IMG/VR virus record: IMGVR_UViG_2917791510_000001
Span: 34,816-98,815 of that record
Length of the DNA stretch: 64,000 bases
Origin: a virus
Taxonomy: Duplodnaviria; Caudoviricetes
Direction: 5' to 3' (one strand)
Positions 58,836 to 64,000 of the stretch are shown in pieces. The translations under genes and the position numbers were made by a program. How positions within the stretch are numbered: position 1 is the stretch's first letter; every line of letters starts with the position of its first letter. The notes under the pieces were generated by a model that was not told the DNA's origin, made no database searches, and saw nothing but the letters and a program-made list of their open reading frames with translations.

Positions 58836-59618
58836 TCAGTCGTCCCTCTGCGTCCACCCCATGAACTCGACACCGGATACAGCGCCGTCCCGAGAGGTGG
58901 CCACTCCGGTGGGCGCCCAGCCGGCGTCGATGAACTTCCGTGCGGTTTCGGCGGGCACCCAGCGGTCGCCGCGCTCCGGGTCGGACATCCACCCGGCCAG
59001 TGCGTCCGCCGTGGGGAACACCGGGCTGATGGGCGAGCCGTCGGACACGGTCTCCCAGAGCTGCCAGCCCTCGCCTTCCGGCGGGCCGGTAGGTACCCAC
59101 GCGTCGGCCTCGGTGCGCTGCCCCGGGTACTTCTCCGTCGAGCCGTGGCCATCGCAGACCTTGCAGCTCACGTCCGTACCGGTCACCTCCAGTAGCTTGG
59201 TCATTACGGCGTAGTTCGGCTGCCGCCCGAACAGCGACCCGGTGATCTGTTCCTTGTCGACGCCCATCAGGACGGCGAAGAAGTCCAGGGCGTCCGTGGA
59301 GGGGCGGTCGATGACGAAGCGTCCCGGCCCGGACTGCGGATCACCGGCCACCGGGTACTCCCAGTGGCCGTGCGGGTGCGGGAACTGGCTCAGCCACGGG
59401 TGCATCGGCTTGCCGCGCTCCTGCTCCCGGACGTCCTCGGCGAGCATCCCCATGACGTACGAGAATTTCTGGAGCCACCAGCCGAAATGAGTCTGGCCGC
59501 TTCCGTCGCACTCCTCGCAGCGCGTTCCCTCCAGCTCGGCCGGGCGGATGTAGCCGCCCCACACCTTGTTCAGCGGCCAGTCGAAATCAAGCGGCACGCG
59601 CCGCACTTCGTTGCTCAT
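58836..59618 (-). CDS. Conserved phage protein with DnaJ-like CxxCxGxG motifs
   Basis: EVRRVPLDFDWP, CEECDGSG, CKVCDGHG, WQLWETVSDGSPISPVF. Confidence 0.7.
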   Translation of the reverse strand: MSNEVRRVPLDFDWPLNKVWGGYIRPAELEGTRCEECDGSGQTHFGWWLQKFSYVMGMLAEDVREQERGKPMHPWLSQFPHPHGHWEYPVAGDPQSGPGRFVIDRPSTDALDFFAVLMGVDKEQITGSLFGRQPNYAVMTKLLEVTGTDVSCKVCDGHGSTEKYPGQRTEADAWVPTGPPEGEGWQLWETVSDGSPISPVFPTADALAGWMSDPERGDRWVPAETARKFIDAGWAPTGVATSRDGAVSGVEFMGWTQRDD

Positions 59619-59681
59619 GGTCGGTCCCTTCCTTGGTCGGTGCCGGGACCGTCACGGTAGCGGTCCCGGGGCTCTGGCCGG

Positions 59682-59897
59682 TCAGACGGTGTCGTGCTTC
59701 CCGCCGACGTAGCAGCGGCAGGTCTCGCCGGGCTTGCAGGCGTGGAAGACGGCTCGTTTCGCCTCCATGTCCTGCGGCTGGTCGCCCTGCTCGCGGCGCC
59801 ACCCGCACCGGCACAGGGTCTGGTCCAGGAACGGGATGTACGTGATGAGGGCGTGGCCACGTGCCGCGCACCAGGTCCTCGTGGATTCCGACACCAT
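59682..59897 (-). CDS. Hypothetical Cys-rich protein
   Basis: AAGGAG RBS. Confidence 0.5.
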   Translation of the reverse strand: MVSESTRTWCAARGHALITYIPFLDQTLCRCGWRREQGDQPQDMEAKRAVFHACKPGETCRCYVGGKHDTV

Positions 59898-59898
59898 G

Positions 59899-60066
59899 TC
59901 ACTGCTCCTTCGGCGTACGGCCGATGACAACCAGAAAGTCGTCCGACGCGCGGTCCATGATGACCTCTGCGTCCGGGTTCCCCGCCTTGCGCTCCTCAGC
60001 GGCCCGTGCTTCGGCCGGCCAGGATCCCTGCGGGTGTCCTGCGGGGGAGCTGAAAAGTACCTTCAT
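59899..60066 (-). CDS. Hypothetical protein (55 aa, MKVLFSSP...)
   Basis: Full leader motif. Confidence 0.6.
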   Translation of the reverse strand: MKVLFSSPAGHPQGSWPAEARAAEERKAGNPDAEVIMDRASDDFLVVIGRTPKEQ

Positions 60067-60087
60067 GATCGGTTCCTCATTCCTTGG

Positions 60088-60351
60088 TCAGGCCTGCGTG
60101 ACGCCGTACAGGGCGTCCACCGCGTCGCCGTGGATCCTCGCCGCGTCCCCGGACGTCTCGGCCCGGAGGCTCGTCTCCCCCACGGTCCACCCGGCGTAGG
60201 CCTTGCCCTGGTGCCGCTGAGTGGGGGTGTCGTCAACGACGACCGTGACGTAGTACGCCTCGACGCCGTCCCGGTGGGTGACCGTGGCCCGCACCGTGGA
60301 GACGGAGACGGTCAGGGCGGCCGTGCGCACGGGTGTCTGCTTCGGCTGCAT
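60088..60351 (-). CDS. Hypothetical protein
   Basis: Leader motif. Confidence 0.6.
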   Translation of the reverse strand: MQPKQTPVRTAALTVSVSTVRATVTHRDGVEAYYVTVVVDDTPTQRHQGKAYAGWTVGETSLRAETSGDAARIHGDAVDALYGVTQA

Positions 60352-60438
60352 CGCCGGTTCCTCAATTCCTTGGTCGGTGAGGCTGAGCGGCCTCGTGGGG
60401 AGCACGGACGGCGGAACGGCCGCACTCCCGGGCGGGGC

Positions 60439-60585
60439 TCAGTACCCGTACCTGCGCTTGTAGATGCGATTCGCCAGGATGACCGGGCGCACCTCGGGGT
60501 GCCGGTAGCTGCGGGGCGTCTCCCGGGCCTCGCCCTGGAGGTACGCCGCCTGCTCGTTCTTGCGGACGAGGATGATCCTCAGCAT
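60439..60585 (-). CDS. Hypothetical protein (48 aa, MLRIILVRK...)
   Basis: GAGGAACCGACATG leader. Confidence 0.55.
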   Translation of the reverse strand: MLRIILVRKNEQAAYLQGEARETPRSYRHPEVRPVILANRIYKRRYGY

Positions 60586-60643
60586 GTCGGTTCCTCTCTG
60601 CTTCGGGCCGGGGCCGCCGGTCGACGGCCCCGAGGTGGTTCGG

Positions 60644-61063
60644 TCAGGCGTTGACCAGCTTGCGGGCCGGGCGGACGGCCTGGCGGACGGTCACCGGGGC
60701 GCCGTTGGCCAGGACCATGAGCACCACGGCCGCCTTGACGTCCGCGCGGCGGGGCTTGTAGTTGCGGAGCAGGACGCCGACCTGAGCGGTGGTGAAGTGG
60801 TACGTGACCTTCGTCCGCTTCTCCTTGCCCCGCACGGTGCGGTGGCGGCGGACGACCTTGACGGGCTTCATCCCGAGCCGCTTGGCCACCGACCGCAGGC
60901 CGTTCGCCACGCCCTCGACGGTCTCGGTGCTCTCCACGCCGGCCGCGATGGCGTGCGTGGCCAGGGCCCGACCGCGCTTCAGCGAAGCGGTGAACCGGGT
61001 GGCGGAGGCGCGCTCGCGGATGACCTGGAGGCGGCGGCGGGAGGGCTTCAGCGTCTTCGTCAT
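60644..61063 (-). CDS. Highly basic hypothetical protein (possible nucleic-acid binder)
   Basis: K/R-rich; first gene after a promoter; leader motif. Confidence 0.65.
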   Translation of the reverse strand: MTKTLKPSRRRLQVIRERASATRFTASLKRGRALATHAIAAGVESTETVEGVANGLRSVAKRLGMKPVKVVRRHRTVRGKEKRTKVTYHFTTAQVGVLLRNYKPRRADVKAAVVLMVLANGAPVTVRQAVRPARKLVNA

Positions 61064-61095
61064 GGTCGGTTCCTGCTTCCTTGGTTCCTTGTTCC

Positions 61096-61133
61096 GATGA
61101 CTTAATTAAATCAGGGTTCGGACGACAGGGCAA
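61096..61133 (-). promoter_or_regulatory. Conserved phage promoter/operator
   Basis: TTGCCC-N17-TTTAAT. Confidence 0.8.
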
Positions 61134-61192
61134 CCCCTGGACGCGAAGAAGCCCCGACCCGGTGAAGGATCGGGGCTCAGTGCCGGCGCCGG

Positions 61193-61444
61193 TCAGGCGG
61201 TCGCGCGTGCCGCGCGCTTGGCAATCTCCTCGGCTGCCTCGTCCATGGCCTGCTTGAGCCGGGTCGTGCACAGGCTCTCCTCCACACCGATGTGCTCGCC
61301 GAGGCCCATCAGGTGCCAGGACGGTCCGTCGGTGAGGAAGAGCTGCCAGCCGTCGGGCGCGGTCTCCCACCGGATCCCGGGCGTCTGGCAGTACCAGGTG
61401 TGTCCGGCCCGGGTAAGGCTGCGGCCGGTACGGAAGTCGTTCAT
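61193..61444 (-). CDS. Hypothetical protein
   Basis: GAGGT RBS. Confidence 0.6.
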   Translation of the reverse strand: MNDFRTGRSLTRAGHTWYCQTPGIRWETAPDGWQLFLTDGPSWHLMGLGEHIGVEESLCTTRLKQAMDEAAEEIAKRAARATA

Positions 61445-61462
61445 ATGATTACCTCTCTGCGG

Positions 61463-61678
61463 TCAGCGGCTGCGGGGCTCCAGCCGCTCGCGGGCGATGC
61501 GCTGCTCGCGCCAGTCGTTGTTACCGACGGCTCGACCGCGCCCGGTGCTGCGCGTCGTCTGCCACCGAACCTTGACCTTGGCCCCGCCGGTGTCCTCTAC
61601 GACATCGGCGGCGCGGTCGGCGGTGATGCTCCCGGGGTACGTGATCCACACCGCGTCCCCGGGCTTGAAGTACTCCAT
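61463..61678 (-). CDS. Hypothetical SH3-like protein
   Basis: FKPGDAVWI; leader motif. Confidence 0.6.
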   Translation of the reverse strand: MEYFKPGDAVWITYPGSITADRAADVVEDTGGAKVKVRWQTTRSTGRGRAVGNNDWREQRIARERLEPRSR

Positions 61679-61696
61679 GGTCCGTTCCTTCCTTGG

Positions 61697-61924
61697 TCAG
61701 TGCGCGGCGAGCCAGTTCAGAATCGCGGCCGTACCCGTGAGGGGGCGGGACGCAGTGGCCGCCCATCGGATGTGCCCGTTCAGGCCGAAGCCGACCCGGA
61801 GGTACCCGCCGCCTCGCTTGCGGTACTCCACGGTCGTGCTCAGACCGTCCCGGTTGTGGACGTGCCAGCCGTGGTCCTCGGCGTGCGCGGTGATGCGCTG
61901 CTCGTTGCGAGACGGTGCGGCCAT
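61697..61924 (-). CDS. Hypothetical protein
   Basis: Leader variant GACCGAGGAA. Confidence 0.55.
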   Translation of the reverse strand: MAAPSRNEQRITAHAEDHGWHVHNRDGLSTTVEYRKRGGGYLRVGFGLNGHIRWAATASRPLTGTAAILNWLAAH

Positions 61925-61944
61925 GGCTGGCTGTCCTTCCTCGG

Positions 61945-62220
61945 TCAGACGCCGCAACGGGCGTTCATCGCGACGTGGCGGCGCATGTAGCTGCGGTACC
62001 CGGCCTCTGCCATGCGCTTGGCGTCGGCCAGAGTGCGGTACCCGGTCACCTGCCAGCCCAGGCCGGCCTTGCCGAAGGGCTTGACCATGTAGGACCAGGT
62101 CCCGTCGTCGCTCCGCGCGATCTCGGCGAGGACGGTCTGGCCGTCGCTGCCGATGCGCTTGTAGAAGCCGGCGAAGACGCGGGTCCAGGTGCTGGCCTTG
62201 GAGTTCGTGGTCTTCGTCAT
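61945..62220 (-). CDS. Hypothetical protein
   Basis: AAGGAG RBS, after a promoter. Confidence 0.6.
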   Translation of the reverse strand: MTKTTNSKASTWTRVFAGFYKRIGSDGQTVLAEIARSDDGTWSYMVKPFGKAGLGWQVTGYRTLADAKRMAEAGYRSYMRRHVAMNARCGV

Positions 62221-62249
62221 CGTCGGCTCCTTCGTCCTGTGTCTCTCTC

Positions 62250-62287
62250 GATGATTTAATTAAACCATGGATGCCCGGGGTCGACAA
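62250..62287 (-). promoter_or_regulatory. Conserved phage promoter/operator
   Basis: TTGTCG-N17-TTTAAT. Confidence 0.8.
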
Positions 62288-62336
62288 CCCCAGACGCAGA
62301 GAAGCCCCAGAAATCCGAAGATTTCCGGGGCTCCGT

Positions 62337-62528
62337 TCAGGACCGGACGGTGAACCCGCCGGACAACGCGCGGCGGATCTCCGCACCCGGCGCCCGGATC
62401 ACGCCGGGGCCGAGGGCGACCAGTCCCGGGGCGAGCCGGTCCATCTCGTTCAGCAGCTCGGCCACCCGGGCCGCTAGCTCAGCCATCCGCTCTTCCTCGT
62501 CCCGGATCTCGCGCATGCTTCCCTTCAT
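62337..62528 (-). CDS. Hypothetical protein
   Basis: Coupled ORF. Confidence 0.55.
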   Translation of the reverse strand: MKGSMREIRDEEERMAELAARVAELLNEMDRLAPGLVALGPGVIRAPGAEIRRALSGGFTVRS

Positions 62529-63109
62529 GACACTGCCTCCTCGGTTGTGTAGCCGATGGCCTGGTCCAGGACGGACCAGAGCACGTCGTCGCGGCCCCAG
62601 ACGGGGTCGATGACGGCCAGGGCGACGCCCTCACGGGCCATTTGACGACGGGCGCGGCGTCCGATGCCAGGCAGTGCGGAACGCCGCCAGCCGCGCCCTG
62701 ACCGGCCTCCGAAGCCGGTGTGCGGCTCGCTGCCCCACCGGGTCGCTGCGACGCCGCGACGGGGCCCTACAGCGCGTCCGGCACCGTGGGCCGTGACGAT
62801 GAGCCCCGCCGCCCGCGCCGCCCGGATGATCCGGGGCAGCAGCGGATCGCCAACGGCGATGTAGCCCTGTACGGCCGCGCGCTGGGTCCACGGCCTGCCG
62901 TCGAACGCGACGTCATCGAGCCCCGGCTGTGAGTCGGTGGTGACGAAGCCGCGCCGGTTCAGCCGGGCCAGGACCGGAACCCGGGGCAGCGTCTCGTCGT
63001 CCGGGCCGGCTGAGCAGCCGGGCTGCGAGTCGATGTGGCCCTCCAGCCAGCCGGCCATCGCGCCGCCGAGGTCACCGATGCTGCGGGCATCCCGCCAGAT
63101 GCGGTCCAT
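62525..63109 (-). CDS. DUF6919-like protein
   Basis: WLEG...PDDET...LNRRGFVTTDSQPG...QRAAVQG...DPVWGR. Confidence 0.65.
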   Translation of the reverse strand: MDRIWRDARSIGDLGGAMAGWLEGHIDSQPGCSAGPDDETLPRVPVLARLNRRGFVTTDSQPGLDDVAFDGRPWTQRAAVQGYIAVGDPLLPRIIRAARAAGLIVTAHGAGRAVGPRRGVAATRWGSEPHTGFGGRSGRGWRRSALPGIGRRARRQMAREGVALAVIDPVWGRDDVLWSVLDQAIGYTTEEAVS

Positions 63110-63111
63110 GG

Positions 63112-63366
63112 TCAGCCGGCCAGGAACGGGGCGGGGTCGACCGCGTCGCCGTCGGTGAACAGCCAGGCCTCGAACTTCTCCGGGCTCATGCGCTTCTCCA
63201 GCTCGTCCGTCAGCCAACCCCGGACGACAGGCAGTTCGTCGCTCATCGGCATGGTCTCGGTCTTCAGCCACGCCACGCTCAAGGCCCCGTCCGTCAGGCG
63301 GCTGAGCTTTTCCCGGGCGGCGCCTTCGGACTTGCGGGCCCGCTCTTGCAGTGCGTACGCGTCCAT
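63112..63366 (-). CDS. Hypothetical protein
   Basis: Leader motif. Confidence 0.6.
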   Translation of the reverse strand: MDAYALQERARKSEGAAREKLSRLTDGALSVAWLKTETMPMSDELPVVRGWLTDELEKRMSPEKFEAWLFTDGDAVDPAPFLAG

Positions 63367-63396
63367 GTCTTCCTCGTTCCTTGGTCGGTGTCCCGT

Positions 63397-63432
63397 TGAA
63401 TTAATTAAACCATCCCTTGAGCGGCCGGGCAA
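63397..63432 (-). promoter_or_regulatory. Conserved phage promoter/operator
   Basis: TTGCCC-N17-TTTAAT. Confidence 0.8.
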
Positions 63433-63497
63433 CCCCCGGACGCAACGAAGCCCCGAGGCCTCACGGCCAGGGGACTCCATGTCGAAATTTTTCGACG

Positions 63498-63728
63498 TCA
63501 GGCGCGGTCGACGCGGAAGGCGTAGCCGCTCGCCTCATGCCGCACCATCGTTCCGAGCGGCCCGCCGGCCAGGCCGTGGGCGAACGTCCGGGCCTCGCCG
63601 CGCGGCACCCGGGAGTTGTCCATCAGGACGTACGCGGCGGCGAACTCCACCTCGCGCAGCGTCGACAGCGGCCGGTGCGCCTTCTCCGTGCCGTCCGGCA
63701 GGGTCCGGGTCAGGGTGTACTTGGTCAT
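63498..63728 (-). CDS. Hypothetical protein
   Basis: Coupled ORF. Confidence 0.55.
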   Translation of the reverse strand: MTKYTLTRTLPDGTEKAHRPLSTLREVEFAAAYVLMDNSRVPRGEARTFAHGLAGGPLGTMVRHEASGYAFRVDRA

Positions 63729-63955
63729 CGCGGCTCCGTCCCCGTGCCGCTCAGGTACGCGGCGAGGTCGCGCCGCATGCCGCCCCAGACGGCCAGGGCG
63801 AACTCGGCGGCGGTGATGCGCTGGCCGTCACCGGCGGCGCGGGCCTTGTCCAGCCGGCCCTCGAACGCGTCCACGATGGCCTGCTCGCTCAGGCCGTCCC
63901 TCGCGCGCAGGTCGGCGAGGATGCGGGTCGTGACGGTGAAGCCCGTGGTTGCCAT
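63725..63955 (-). CDS. Hypothetical protein
   Basis: ORF at the window edge. Confidence 0.5.
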   Translation of the reverse strand: MATTGFTVTTRILADLRARDGLSEQAIVDAFEGRLDKARAAGDGQRITAAEFALAVWGGMRRDLAAYLSGTGTEPR

Positions 63956-64000
63956 GTCCCGGGCGGCCTCGGGGGTCAGGGACCCGTCGATGACCCAGCG

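Noticed and set aside
47482-63432. CRISPR array suggested by recurring repeats
   Set aside because: The repeats are short, irregularly spaced and separated by whole genes; no cas genes

Overview
The whole window is part of one high-GC actinobacterial (probably Streptomyces) siphovirus genome, either a prophage or a phage-plasmid. No host housekeeping genes and no DNA replication enzymes are visible. The + arm (1-46.3 kb) carries packaging genes (small terminase; large terminase with an intein), a lysis cassette, an accessory/regulatory island (tyrosine recombinase, XRE regulator, methyltransferase, two DNA-damage-type promoters), portal, a 2H/MuF/protease fusion, two capsid proteins, a free-standing HNH insertion, tail genes and an intein-containing glycosyltransferase. 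The - arm (46.4-64 kb) carries WhiB, about 35 small early-type genes and a DNA cytosine methyltransferase, plus a + strand parA operon. The most striking unexplained structure is a tRNA-shaped RNA at 54527-54623 (-). Its anticodon loop is replaced by a 17-nt loop that is antisense to a leader motif (GACCAAGGAA / GGAACCGACC-ATG) found just upstream of about 20 phage start codons. Many of those genes sit in units driven by a conserved TTGnnn-N17-TTTAAT promoter/operator. This suggests a tRNA-scaffolded antisense regulator of phage translation. All product calls come from motif recognition by eye; no searches were run.
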